From assembly GCF_009914755.1 (NCBI RefSeq), contig NC_060925.1: a stretch of 64,000 bases of DNA; one strand, written 5' to 3'. The notes beneath the pieces are model-generated. The model was not told where the DNA came from. It searched no databases and was given only the letters and a program-made list of their open reading frames with translations. This DNA comes from the human T2T-CHM13v2.0 reference genome, Homo sapiens. Positions 13,101 to 25,540 of the stretch are shown here, piece by piece. The position numbers and the translations under genes were made by a program. How positions within the stretch are numbered: position 1 is the stretch's first letter; each line of letters starts with the position of its first letter.

Positions 13101-14713
13101 CAGCAGCTGAGGCTCAAGGAGGGCCCGGTTTTCTGGGTCCCCCTTTGCACCCCCTTCAGGCTGCCTCTTCATGGTTCTCTGCTCACACTCACAGCCACAA
13201 TCTTCCCCTGCCTGTCAGCAGCCCCTCTGGACCCCCAGCTCATCCCTGAGGCCTCCTCCTCTCCCTGCCCAGCTCGGATTTCCTACTCCCGCTGCCTCCA
13301 GTGCCACCACTGCCTTCCGGGCTCCCCCTCCCCAGCCTGAACCAGGCCCTGGCTTGGGATGCTGTCTGTCCAGCGCCCCACAGTCCACCCCACCCCTGCA
13401 ATGCCGCCCTGCGTCCTCATCCCCAAACCTGACCACATCACTGCTCAACACTCTTCAGGTCGAGTCTCATCCCAGGCCTTGGGATCTGGACCTGGCGACA
13501 TCGCTCCCAAGTTCGTCACCCCACACAATGACTCATGTTTCCCAGAACACCCCAAGCTCTCACCATGCCTACCTTCACTCTTGCTACTCCTTCCTCCCAG
13601 CTTCTCCACTCATCCAACTCCAGCCTCACCTCCTCCAGGAAGCCTTCCCTGACACCCTCCTGGCAGCCACACCCCACTGGGCTCTCCTCTGGGCTCCACA
13701 GCCCTTCTGCTTCCTTGCCGCACACCACTGGCCCCCTGTGTGGTAGGTCTCCCTCTCACAGTAAGCATCTCCAGGGCCAGAGTCATCGAGGCACCAGCAC
13801 TGGGCCCAGGGCCTGCCCACAGGGGCTCCATAATTGAACACCGAATGAATGGGTGAATGAATGGCAGGAGGAGCCCAGTAATAATAGGAGCAGTGGGCCA
13901 CAAATGTGGCGATGAAGCCAGGCTGGCCCCAGGCGCAGGCAGGCCATGGCCAAGGCTGTAGCCAGGAGGAGGAAGGGCAGGGAAGGAGGAAGGTGCTGGG
14001 GCCAGGCCTGCGGGGACAAGGTGATCAGCAAAAAACAGCAGGGAGGGCAGGAGTGTGGGGCTGGGAGGCCTCCCTCTGCTCATTTGCAAGAAAAACAGAT
14101 TTTGGCAGATCATGGTCCAGCAATTAACACATTCACCATTTCCAGTCAATTAAGTGGCCACAATGAGAACCACACTGGGTGCAGGAAGAGGCTGCCCCTC
14201 TCCACAGTGATCCTGAAGTAAAGGCTCCCAGGCAGCCCCCCGCAGGCCGGGCAATGCCCCAGCTGCAGTGGCTGGAGGTGGGCGTGGGGCCCAGACCAGC
14301 GTCTGTGGAGTGCGCGCAGTGGGCAGTCTGCTCCCAAATGCACAGATGAGGCAAGGAGACACCAGAGTGAGGCCCCGAGGAGGCCTGGGTTCCATTCTGC
14401 GTGTGGCAGCCCAGAATGCAGGGGTCGCTGGGAGGGGCCACAGCATTTTCCCAGGGTCCTCCAGTGGGGAGAAGAAGCTGCATGAAGTGAGGCATTCAGA
14501 AGCCAGTACGGTCTACTCAGAGTTACTGCAGGCACCAACGGAATCATGCACACAAAGTGTGTGGAATGCAGTCTGCAGTCAGTGTTCCCTGAAGGTTGGC
14601 TATTTTCATTATCAGTAACAAGCAGATAGATAGTGCGGGACACCTGCTCTCCCTGCCTCCCCCCGAGATCCCCCCTTGTTGCCCCTGGAGGAGGACTGGC
14701 CTGGTGTACATAC

Positions 14714-14870
14714 CCATCCCGGGTGCTCTCAGCCATGGGCAGAGGGGACAGATGGTGGTGGGAACTGGTGGTGGCATCCAGCGGGTGGTGCCTGGAAGGT
14801 ACGTCGTGCGCTGGGGGCAGGAGGCCCGATGCAAGTCCGTTATGGGGGGTGATGGAGCCAGGATACACAC
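14714..14870 (-). CDS. GLIS1: GLIS1 exon, 157 nt, phase 1-2
   Basis: ctgcag|GTGTGT ... GATGG|gtatgt. Encodes (G)VYPGSITPHNGLASGLLPPAHDVPSRHHPLDATTSSHHHLSPLPMAESTRD(G). Confidence 0.94.
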
Positions 14871-15155
14871 CTGCAGGGAATCAAACAAGGCTCACTGGAC
14901 TCTGGCCACTCCCTAGAGATGGTTGTGATGGCCCAGGAGCTGTGTGTGCCTGATGATGGAGAAATAAAGACAAGAGGGAAAATGAACAACGTTGTATCAC
15001 TGGAAGTTTAGGGGCCCCAGTGAGGGAGGTGCTGGCCCCACTCCACTCAGTTCAGCCTTGCAGGCCCTGGCTAAAGGGCTGTGTCCAGGGCTGGGGCTCA
15101 CCCTGATAGCAGAGGTGGACTGGCAAGGGGCTGTCAGAGGCGTGGGGTGCTTAGG

Positions 15156-15156
<1 letters not shown>

Positions 15157-15207
<51 letters not shown>
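15157..15207. repeat. (TG)n microsatellite with one interruption
   Basis: Read directly from the sequence. Confidence 0.95.
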
Positions 15208-15208
<1 letters not shown>

Positions 15209-15903
15209 CTGAGATGGGGGCATGTATAGGGCAGGCTGCCTCAAATCTCTGTGATGCTGTCCTGGAAAAGAAGAGGCTTGTTCTGTGTGGCCCCGAAGCA
15301 GACAGAGACCCAGGAATGGAGAGAAGCTTGAGAGTAGACAGCAGCCCAGGGCTCGGCAGTGCCTTCTAACAGGCAGTGCTGCTGCAGGGCAATGGGCTGC
15401 CCTTGCACAGAATAACTACCTCCCCCAGAGATATGCAAGCAGAGCCGGGGTGTCCACTGTGAAGGCTTCCAAAGAGAGATGACTGCACTAGCTGAGTGGC
15501 AGCTGGCCTGGGAGACCTCTGAGAAGGGCTGCCATGGATGGTTGCATGGGCGGTACACTGAACAAGGGTCCCAACTGAGGAGAGGAGTCAGCCTCATTCT
15601 AGTCTCAGATTCTAAACCTTCAGAAGACACCTGCAGGGTGATGCCACCTTTTATCACCTTTTACCCCCGAAAGTCTTACCCTTGTTAAGACAGGGAGGCT
15701 AATAAATCAATGGGGGACACTAGGTCAGAGTCAGACTTTGCTCCAGGGACCCAACTAGGGTTTGGAGTTACTGACCCCAGCACTCCCAAAATGCCTTCAC
15801 CAAGAAACCCTAATCAGAGTAGGAAATAAACTCCTACTCTGGGACTGGAGCCTAAGAAAGACATGGCAAGAGTTGTAAGTTTTTGATGTTCCCTATTTTA
15901 TCT

Positions 15904-15929
15904 AAAAAAAAAAAAAAAAAAAAAAAAAA
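15904..15929. repeat. A26 homopolymer with no adjacent Alu body
   Basis: Read directly from the sequence. Confidence 0.9.
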
Positions 15930-16637
15930 GAATGCACCTGACCCCTGCATTCCAGGCCATTACACCCAGAATGGAGCCCAGGCCTCCTCCAGCCTCGCTC
16001 TGGCTTCTCCGGGGCTCATCTCTCTAGGAAGTGGCCAGTTTTGCATCCCTTTTTCAATCTGGCCATGTTTATTTTGATAGCAATTGACATCATTTTTTCT
16101 GAAATCCATGCATCCAGCAGATGCCCTGGGAGGACTCTTTGTGACCTGGGGGCTAGCCCGGGGCTGCACTGATGGACTCTGTGTGACCTGGGGGCTATCC
16201 TGGGGCTGCACTGATGTGGTGTCCATTCTGATTGGCCAGTGTGCACCAGGGCAGCTGTTACATGCTGAATAGCACTCTGGTTACCATGGATCCAGACCAG
16301 TGCTCTTATTACACCAGAAGGACCAATCTGAGAACACACCAGTCTCCTTTCATGGATGGGGTAAGGGAAACTTTTACCTTCTCAGTTGGTTGGGGTTCCC
16401 AGGCTAGCTCATCCCAGGCTGGCCCCTTTGGCCCAGGCCTGCAATTCAGGAGGCTGTTGCAGGGAACCGAGCAGGGCTGTGGCAGGGACGGCAAGCTCAG
16501 TGCCTCAGGCAGCATGGCGGGGAGCAAAATAAATGAAACTGCACGGATTAACAAGGGGAGCAGCAGGGCCTGTGGCAAAGGGGAGAGCACACATCCCAGA
16601 AAGACCTTCACATGGAAACCGTTAAAAAAAAAAACAA

Positions 16638-16918
<281 letters not shown>

Positions 16919-17059
16919 GCACCACCACCACCACCACCGAAAAGTGCCCCTTTGCCTATGAGGCCAAACAGTTTGCAACTCCTGGCCTGGAGTTAAAGCT
17001 GCAAGCACCCTACGTTACATTACATCATGTGAGATTCAACTATCAAAATAACTACCATT

Positions 17060-17210
17060 AATTAAAAACATACTATGTGCCACACTGTCTTTCCACATTA
17101 TCTAGTTTAACCAGCTTGACAAGTGTCAGTGGGGAACATAATATATTCCATTTTAAGATGAGGAAACTAAATATTAACAAGTTGAATGACTTGTCCAAAG
17201 TCACAGAGTA
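17060..17210 (-). mobile_element. MIR fragment
   Basis: ccattttaagatgaggaaactaaa...aagttgaatgacttgtccaaagtcacag. Confidence 0.65.
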
Positions 17211-20200
17211 GGCGGCTCATCAGGCCCATCTTCCAAGCAGCAGAGAGAGAAAGTCCACTTGAGGCCAGGGCTAGGAGTGGCTCCAGCTCAGGTGATGGTC
17301 TGGATACCCAGCTGAGGCCTCGGCTCTGGTGCAGGCATCACTGCTGGCTGCTGTGAGACCCAGGGGCTCTGGGCCACCGTCCTTACCGCTCCCTGCCTCT
17401 AGGACTCTGCTCCCAGGCCTAGCACCACCTGTCTGTCCAGCCACTGCCTACCTCCCCAGCTTGGGGGAAGGTGCCTCAAGCGGTGTTTGTGGAGGGAGCC
17501 TGGCGAGGAGCTGCCCACACTTTGAGCCACTCACTACTCTCCTTAGCACCTCTTCGCCTGCCATCTTGAACCAATTTGGGGGCCTGACAGCTGGGAAGGC
17601 TTAGAATCCTGATCAATCCTGCACCTTCTTCCTCAGCCACGCTGACCTCATGCTTCTCAAGTCCTCACTGCCCATCACATTACCCTGGATCTGCTCAGGA
17701 TGGGCCTGGCAGATAAGCTCCCAGGGGTTGGGTGGGGGGTCTCCTGTGCAGAAGAGAACTGGTCCCTACTTGAGGGAGCATCCTGCAATTGGACAATGGA
17801 AATTTGGTGTCTCCCTCTGCAGCTCGTCCCTCACCCTCTCCCCTCTGTTCTGGACTCTGCTAATCCTCCCTGACTCAGTCCCCTGCCCTTGCCCCTGCCC
17901 CGGGGCCAGGTCCCGGCCTGTCCAGCCTCCACACCAAGGACGGACACAGGGTGGGTGACCGAGTGTGTGAACTAGAGATGCTGACCATGTCAGCGAACAG
18001 CAGATGGGAATGAAGGAACCATGGGACTGCGAGGGGCAGCGGAAGTGGGGACGCCACGGGGCCTGATGGGCTCTCCCCAAAACGCACCACTTCAGGCTGT
18101 AAAGCTGTGTCATCAATCATCAGCCGTGAGCGCTTAACCTCTGGCCCTAACATCTGTTCCCTTCTCAGCCATCTGCCCTGCGGCCTGCAGAAGAACCCAG
18201 CAGGCCGGATCCTAGGGGATCCAGGACCCCGGGCTTCACCTGCCTGGTCCTGCCCTCCCCGCTGCACTGGAAGCAGCTCGAGGACAGGGCCAGCACCGGG
18301 CCTGGCAGACAGCAGGTGCTCAGTATAGCAGAGGAGCAGCACTAGCAGCAGGGAGGTGCGGGCTCTGGTTAAGAAGACAGCCTGCACAGATGGTCTGGGT
18401 TCCAATCCTGCCTCTGCCACCTGCTAGCTGTGGCTTGCGTGTGCCTTCTGAGGCCGACGTGAGGATGATGGCAGTGATGTCCACGCACAGTCCCTGGAGC
18501 AGCACCTGGCACACAGTCAATATGTGCTGGCTGTGCATGATTGTAAGGTGGACGAGTACATAGTCATTCTTCTTGCTCACCATAAACAATAACAGTAAGA
18601 TGATCAGTCACATAGGGTTTATGTAAGTGACCGCATCCATGATCACATTTGTTCTCACAGCAGATGAGATCCCTCAGTGCCTGGGAGGGAAAGTGAGGCT
18701 CAAAGCAGGGAAGATACCACTTATTGTCACAGAACAAGGGCAGTAGCTTCAGCAGGAGTGGCTCCTCCAATCTGTGATGATGAGGACTCAGCTGATTCTG
18801 TTTCTCATCGGTAGCATGGGTTTCACATCCTACTGCACAGCGTAGTTGGGGATTGAACGAGAGGATATTTGTGAAGTCAGTGGCCCAAGCAGGTGCTCAA
18901 GAGATGGTAACTGCTGGCCCTGTCCCTTCTCGCTGGGACAAGCCTGAGGCCGGCATCTGGGAGAACAGGCTTGCAGCCTGGACTGGCTGCTGACTTCTCT
19001 GGATGACCTTAGGTGATTCCTTCTCCTGCCCAGGCCTGAGTCTTCCCAAGGTAAAACTGACGGGGTAGGTACAAGACCTTTGCCCTGGGGGCAGCACTGC
19101 TCCTCCACAACAGCTTTCTTTCTGGCTGAATCAGGAAGCAGCTTCCAAGGCCTTCTCGACACAGAGCTCCAAGTAGTCACTGTCATGACCATTTGTTAGG
19201 AGCTGGCACTTGAGATACCTTCGTCCCTGGGTTGGATGAGCCCCCCGGTCCCTTCCAGCCCTGCCATTTTAGCAATTCTGACCCTATGAGAAGCAGCCAC
19301 ACAGAGGGGTCCTCTAGCTAGACGTGAGGAGGGTGCAGACCCTCCCCCAGGCATCCATCCGCCTGTGTCCTCGCCCTTGTGGACCTGCCTGAGCACAAAC
19401 CCCTGGAAAGGGGGACCCATGAGAAAGGCTAAAAGGCTTTTCTTCCTGAGGCTGTTTGGCAAGTGCTTTGATATATTTTTAAATCTGTTGCTACTTCAAC
19501 ATTGAGGGGAAAGAATAAAAAATTAGAAAACAAAAAATGTTGAAAATGGTTGGAGTAATTCAAGAAATCCCAGAGGGTGGGCAGAAAGTCTGTTCTGATA
19601 CTGTGGTTTCTTTAGGGGAGTCGGGGGTAGAGCGCAAGGACTGTCAGCTGGAATCCAAAGGCCACGCTGCCCTTATCTGGGCTGGATGCCTAAGCCACAA
19701 AGCCAGGAATTCCTGCTGCGGCCTGAGACCTGCCCCGTGGCCCACGGCTGCTGGGAGGGACAGACAAGCCACCTCAGCTGGACCAAAGGCCCTTAGCATC
19801 TGGTTGGAGGGGCCCGCAGAGTCCCAGGGGCTCTGGGGGCCCCATCTCTGGGCCACAGAGTTTAGCGATGAGCTGGAAGTGATCTGGGCTAAGTTCCTAT
19901 CCTCTCAGAGCCTCAGTTTTCTCCTCTGGAGCAGGAGTCAAGGCCAGGAGCAGAATGGGCTCTTCTTGAAGACGGTTCCTCCCTGCGGATGATCCTGGCA
20001 GCATGGGCCATCACCAAGGGCACCAGAGCCTCTCTTGCTGATGCTTGGGGCAGGGCCATGGGTTCCCCCAGCCCAGCTCTGCATGTCCCCATCCTGGGTG
20101 CTGGTGACTCCAGAATGAGGCAGACCCTGAGCCTCCCTTGAGGAACTCACAGTCTGGTGGGGGAGACAGATGGGCAGATGGGAAGTAGAGTGACAGCTCA

Positions 20201-20720
20201 GAGTGCTCAGCACTGGGGCAGAGCGAAGCCCAGAGGAAGACTTCCTGGAGGAGGGGACAAGGAGGTGGGTCCTGAAGGAAGGGCAGGAGCTACCGTCATG
20301 AAGGGTAGGAGAAGAGGGCTGGCTGGGTGTGGACAGTGTCCGGGGGTCGGGGGGAGCAGGAGCAGAGAGTGTTCAGGGAACTGCATCCAACATGCCAAGG
20401 AGGAGGCAAGAGCTGCCAGGAGGACCCAGGCCCCATACACCTTGAAGGCCAGGCTGAGACGGGTGAGGGCTTCATGCCCTGAGCAATGGGGAGCCACAGA
20501 ATAATGTGAAGGAAACGTCCACCTAGTTAGACGAGCTGCAGGGAGAAGATGGATTGGAAGTAGGGAACCAGAGGCAGAGGCAACCAAGTCCAGATGAGTG
20601 AGTGCCTGCAACATGTCATGCCCATGTGGGCGGCCCACTGAGCATCACTTGTCCTTGACTGTGGGCAGAGAAAGGCCCCTCCTGGGCTACGCCCCTGGCC
20701 CTGCCTCCCCGCACACGTAC

Positions 20721-20853
20721 CTGGGAGCAGCTCCTGGCCCAGGCCACAGCCACCCTTGCCGTCGCTGGCAGCCAGCTGTGTGGACGTGTGGAGCTGCTGC
20801 AGGACCAGACACTCGGTCAGGACGTCGGCCTCGGTGTCAGGGCCCGCATGCAG
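20721..20853 (-). CDS. GLIS1: GLIS1 exon, 133 nt, phase 0-1
   Basis: ccccag|CTGCAT ... CCAG|gtacgt. Encodes LHAGPDTEADVLTECLVLQQLHTSTQLAASDGKGGCGLGQELLP(G). Confidence 0.94.
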
Positions 20854-21024
20854 CTGGGGAGCAAGCAGAGGGAAAGGAGGTGTTAGTGTGAGACCCCTGC
20901 CCACCAGCAACCCTCACGTTAGGGGACAGGGCAGAAAGGACTGCAGCCCCAGGGCAAGACCCTTCCCTTCACTGTGCCTCAGTTCCCCATCTGTGAAATG
21001 GGCTGACTGTGTACATCGTGAAGA

Positions 21025-21400
21025 TGTTGTTAGTCCAGGTCCTTTGAGAAGCAGATGCCAAGATGGGATTCAACATGCAAGGATTTAAATGGGAGACGTG
21101 CCATCTGTGAACTAGATGGGCTGGGAGAGCCCAAGGACTGAGAGAAGGAGGCAGGGAGAAGGGGTCAAGCGGGAGCCTCCGGGACAGGGACTCAGGGAGT
21201 CCTCAGCAGCCAATGTCTGCTGGATGTCAGGGAGTCCAGTGCCTCCTAGGAAGACTCTGCCTCAGTGTCCCTGCTGGGCCTGCCACACTCAGTCATTGCT
21301 GGGAGCAACCTGTGGGAGGTGTGGTCTCCGATGGGTAGCTGAGTTCTGCAGGTGCGTTCTGTGCAGCCGCACCGGTGAATGGACGCGGTAGGAATAAAGC
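21025..21400. mobile_element. Possible old ERVL/MaLR-class LTR remnant
   Basis: tgttagtccaggtcc...gaagcagatgccaagatgggatt...gcaaggattta resembles LTR16/LTR33-like ends; the family is uncertain. Confidence 0.35.
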
Positions 21401-22734
21401 GCAATAGGTGTGCCGTCAGCCTCCCCCAACCCCCCACCCAGCTCTTTCTTTCTTCCTTCTTGGTACAAGGTTCAGTGGAAATAGTTCAGGGCTAGGGATG
21501 AAGAGCTGGGCTCGGATCCCATCCTACCTCTTCTTACTCCCTGTGTAATGCTGGACAAATAACATAACCTCTCTGGGTCTTGCCTACCCAGCCTGTAATA
21601 AGCAGCAACAGTCACGCCTCACCCCAGGCTGCCATGAGGAGTAATGACACAGAGTGACGATGGCTGGGGGCATGCTTTGGAAGTGCTGTAGTAGGGGTGG
21701 CAGAGCTCCAGCTGGCCGAGCCCCATCTGGTCACCCCATCATGGGCACGATGGATCAGTATATAGACTTGAGGTCCCTTGGCTAAGGGTGAGCCTGGGCT
21801 GGGGTGCACCCAGTAACCCAAGCAAATCTTTGGCCAACAACCCTTGGCTGTCCCCAGACAGTCACCTCAGAACATCTTCCAGAGCCAGGATGGGAACAGG
21901 GTGAGGCCTTCAGGACACTGGATGATGACTGGGGCAGGCACCTGGGAAGGGCCCCTTCTCTCAGGGAAATCCCAAAGCTTGGCTCAGCCAAATGCTCATC
22001 TTCCCCAGGACAAAACAGACCCAGAGAGGGTGAGAGCCCTGCCCCACATCACACAGCAGCTGAGAGTCAGCCCTGAGGGCTTTTCTGCCCTCCTAAGACA
22101 GCAGGGCCAGGCCCAGGCTTGGAGAAGGCAAGCCCAGCCTCGAGATGGGCTCTTGGCTCCCTGACCCAGCAGCTGTTTTCCATGTAAATTAAGTTTCTGG
22201 CAAAAGAGAGCCAAGGCATGTTCTTGTAGACCGCAATGTCGATCGGATTAGGAGCAGCAGGAGAGGAGAATTAAGGAAGAAAAGCATTTCTAATTTTCTC
22301 TGAAACGCGGCAGGGCTGCCAAGGACTTGTCATAATACAAGGGTCGCTTTACCCAGAAAGATACATCATCCCTGATGGCTCTTAATGGATGCTTATTGTT
22401 GGGAAGTTTGCAGATCTGTGGCCCCAAGTCCCCGGGGGCTCAGTGCGAGCCAAGCATGGGGCCTGGGAAAGCCAGGACAGGATTCTGGTCCTCAGGCACT
22501 GGTCCGCTTGGGACAGAAGCCTCCCTGGTGTGGAGCTCCAGTCTGCTAGAGCCTGGGCCATTCCCTGTCCCCACTCAGGCCCTCAACCTGAGAGCAGTGA
22601 ACGGAGCTCAGGCCCTGGAAGCAGACAGGTCTGGGATGGACCCTGGCTCTGGCACTTCTGGGGTGCATGATGCTGGGCTGGTTTGTTAACTCTCTGAGCC
22701 TTAGTTTCTCCATCTCTAAAATGAGTGTTTCATG

Positions 22735-23015
22735 ACTCTAATCCCCACATTTTGGGAGGCCAAGGTGGAAGGATTACTTGAAGTCAGGAGTTTGAAACCA
22801 GCCTGGACAACAAAGTGAAACCTCTATCTCTACAAAAAAAATATATTAAAAAAAAGCCAGGAGCAGTAAGCATGCCTGTAGTCCCAGCTACTCAGGAGGC
22901 TGAGGCAGGAGGATCACTTGAGCCCAGGAGTTGGAGGCTGCCATGAGCCATGATCGTGCCACTGTATTCCAGCCTGGGTGACAGAGTGAGACTTTGTTTC
23001 TAAAAATAAAATAAA
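22735..23015 (+). mobile_element. AluJ-type SINE inserted into a MIR
   Basis: ggaggatcacttgagcccaggag is J-diagnostic. MIR sequence flanks both sides with a taaaatg duplication. Confidence 0.88.
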
Positions 23016-23049
23016 ATGGGAATTACAGTGCCCACACCTACGGTTGTAG

Positions 23050-23059
23050 TTTCTTTTTC

Positions 23060-23092
<33 letters not shown>

Positions 23093-23200
23093 GAGACAGG
23101 GTCTTGCTCTGTCACTCAGGCTGGTGTGCAGTCCAACTCCTGGGCTCAAATGATCCTCCCACCTCAGCCTTCCGAGTAGCTGGCGAGCTAGGGCTATAGT
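23050..23200 (-). mobile_element. AluJ/FLAM monomer fragment, inverted relative to its neighbour
   Basis: T-rich tail, then gagacagggtcttgctctgtcac...ctcctgggctcaaatgatcctcccacctcagcc. Confidence 0.85.
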
Positions 23201-24863
23201 GAAGCCTAAATGAGATACAGGATATGAAGCCCCAGGTACAGTGCCTGAGCCTCAGAGGCACCTGGGCTAAAGCACATCCCCTCCCTCCTCAGGGAACATG
23301 GAGGTGGTGTTTCACCAGAAAGCTCATGGCGCAGGATTTGACCACGTCCCTCTCTGCTCCACAGCTTCCAATGCTCCCCACTGCCTGCAGGCTGGAGACC
23401 AACTTCCCAAGCCTGGCGGTCCCCTCCCATCTTCTTTCCCACTGAGGCCCCTTGCTCCCAGCACCCCATCGCTGTCTCCCTATCCCAGGGCCTGAGGCAG
23501 CTGCTTCCTCCAGCCTGCAGGCCTCTGCTGTTTCATTCCTGGCAGTGTCCACAGTTCACAGAACAATGCTTGGAATACAGTAGGTGCTCTGTAAATCTGG
23601 TTGAACCAATAAATGCGATCTTCCCACTCTGTCCTCCTCTGTCATGCCAGTGTCCCTGAGTTGGCCCCTGGTGTTTCTTTCACTCCCACACCCTCCCTGG
23701 CGCTCAAGGACCCTCACTCCCTGGCCCTGGAGTTCCATGGGAGTGCAGGTGTGAGTTAACCCAGCCAGGTGGGCTCTGCCCCCAGCTGCAGTCCTGTCCC
23801 TCCTGCCATGGCCCAGTCCCCTCAGGAACTCACACACGGCTCGTCCAAAACAGCATCCCCAACCCATTTTCTACATGGCCCTCAGGGTTACCTCTCAAGG
23901 TGCCATGTCCCTGCTCTGCTTAAGACCTCTCGATGGCACCCACTGTGCCCTGGACATAGCCCTGCCCACACCACCTCTCCTCACTGCGCTGCTTGGCCGC
24001 TGATCCTGCACACACTGGGCTTCAGGCTTCAGCCCTCTCAGCGCCAGTCACTCTGGGGAGCGTTCTTCTGAATTCACCGGCCCAACTCTTAGTCCTTCCT
24101 CAAGACCAATGAACACATACACCAATTTCTGTTTTGAACTTTTAAATTTGTGCCAGGTACAGTTCTAAACCCTCAGCATAAACCGTCATTTACTCCTGAC
24201 CGCAGCTGTCTAAAGCAAGTCCTTTTTTGTCCCCTCTGATGGCTGAGGAACCTGAAGCCCAAAGGCACGTACGTGCCTGGGTGCAGAGCCAGCGGAAGCA
24301 AGCCCCGCGGGCCCACTCCGCGCTCACACCCCTAAACACTGCACCCATGCCTGACGCCACTTCCTCCACAGACCTTCCTGCTCCCACCCAGAGGGGCTAA
24401 GGTCCCCTCATCTGTGCCCTGACTTTTCTCTGCACATCTCTCTCGCCATCTTAATGACATGAGGTAGAATCATCTCTTTGTGTCTGCTGTCGCCTGCCAG
24501 GACACTGAAAGCGGGGACGTGCTTTTTCATTTCTGCATCTTCCGTGCCCAGCACAAGGCTGGACATCATGTGTTTACCACACAAGCCGCGGGAGGTGCAC
24601 AGATGCATGGGGCGAGGAGCTGGTGGGCAGTCTGTGGGTGGTAAAGGGCCAGCTGGGGGTGTGGAAGGAAGGGCTGCGGGTCAGCAGAGACACTAAGGGC
24701 AGGTGGGAAGTGGACGGACGGACGAACGGACGAACGGATGGACGAACAGTGGCATACAGGGCGAGTGGGTGGGCAGATGCATGTGTTGAGGGTGGGCACC
24801 TGGCCTGATGCGGTGCAGGCGGCTGCGAGGTGGGAGGAGGCCAGATGAGGAGGGCTGGCTTAC

Positions 24864-24974
24864 CTTCTTACGCACCTGCTGCTCTTTGGCTGAATGGGCC
24901 TTGACGTGCTTGCGGAGGGAGCTGGGGTCTGTGTAGCGCTTGGAGCAGCCAGGGATCTGACAGGCGTACGGCTT
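24864..24974 (-). CDS. GLIS1: GLIS1 exon, 111 nt, phase 0-0: ZF5 and basic tail
   Basis: ttacag|AAGCCG ... AAGAAG|gtaagc. Encodes [37 protein letters not shown]; [10 protein letters not shown] is the Gli-family ZF5 motif. Confidence 0.97.
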
Positions 24975-25540
24975 CTGTAACATGGGGGGCACGGGTGGGG
25001 TGAGTGAGGCCCATCCCTACGGGACACGCGCCTCCGCGTGACCTGCTGTGGGGAGGTGACCAGGCGAGAGGCTGGCTGCAGGCCAAGAGTACTCTGCCTC
25101 AGCCAGCCCGGCCCAGCTGTGGGGAAGGTGCCTGGCCTGGGAGCGGAGCAAGGGGTTTGTGTCTTCATTCCACCACCATCCTGGGACCTCAGGTCAGTTG
25201 CCTCTCCTCTCTGAGTCTCACCTTTCTTCTCTGAAAAATGGGGCCATCTGAGGTCTAAGGGTTCTTCCAGGTCAGACCCTGGCTCTGAGCCAAGTCCACC
25301 CTTTGGACCCCACAGCTGCAAGTAAGCATTGAGCAGACAGGGAGTGCAGTCAGACAGCTGCTCTGCAGATGGGGAGGAGGAGAGGGGAAGGGGGCACCCA
25401 CACAGGGCCAGGCTAGGCGGCACTGACCGCACCTTGCAGGTAGGTGCAGAGGCACCGGACTGCTCTTGGGGCCACAAGAAACCAGGTCCTCCTGCCAATA
25501 GCTGTGAGAGGCTGGAAGCACGGCTGGATCTGAGAACACA

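Noticed and set aside
24712-24746. (GGAC/GAAC)n CpG-containing repeat near the ZF5 donor
   Set aside because: Most likely a degenerate L2-tail microsatellite with no support for function.
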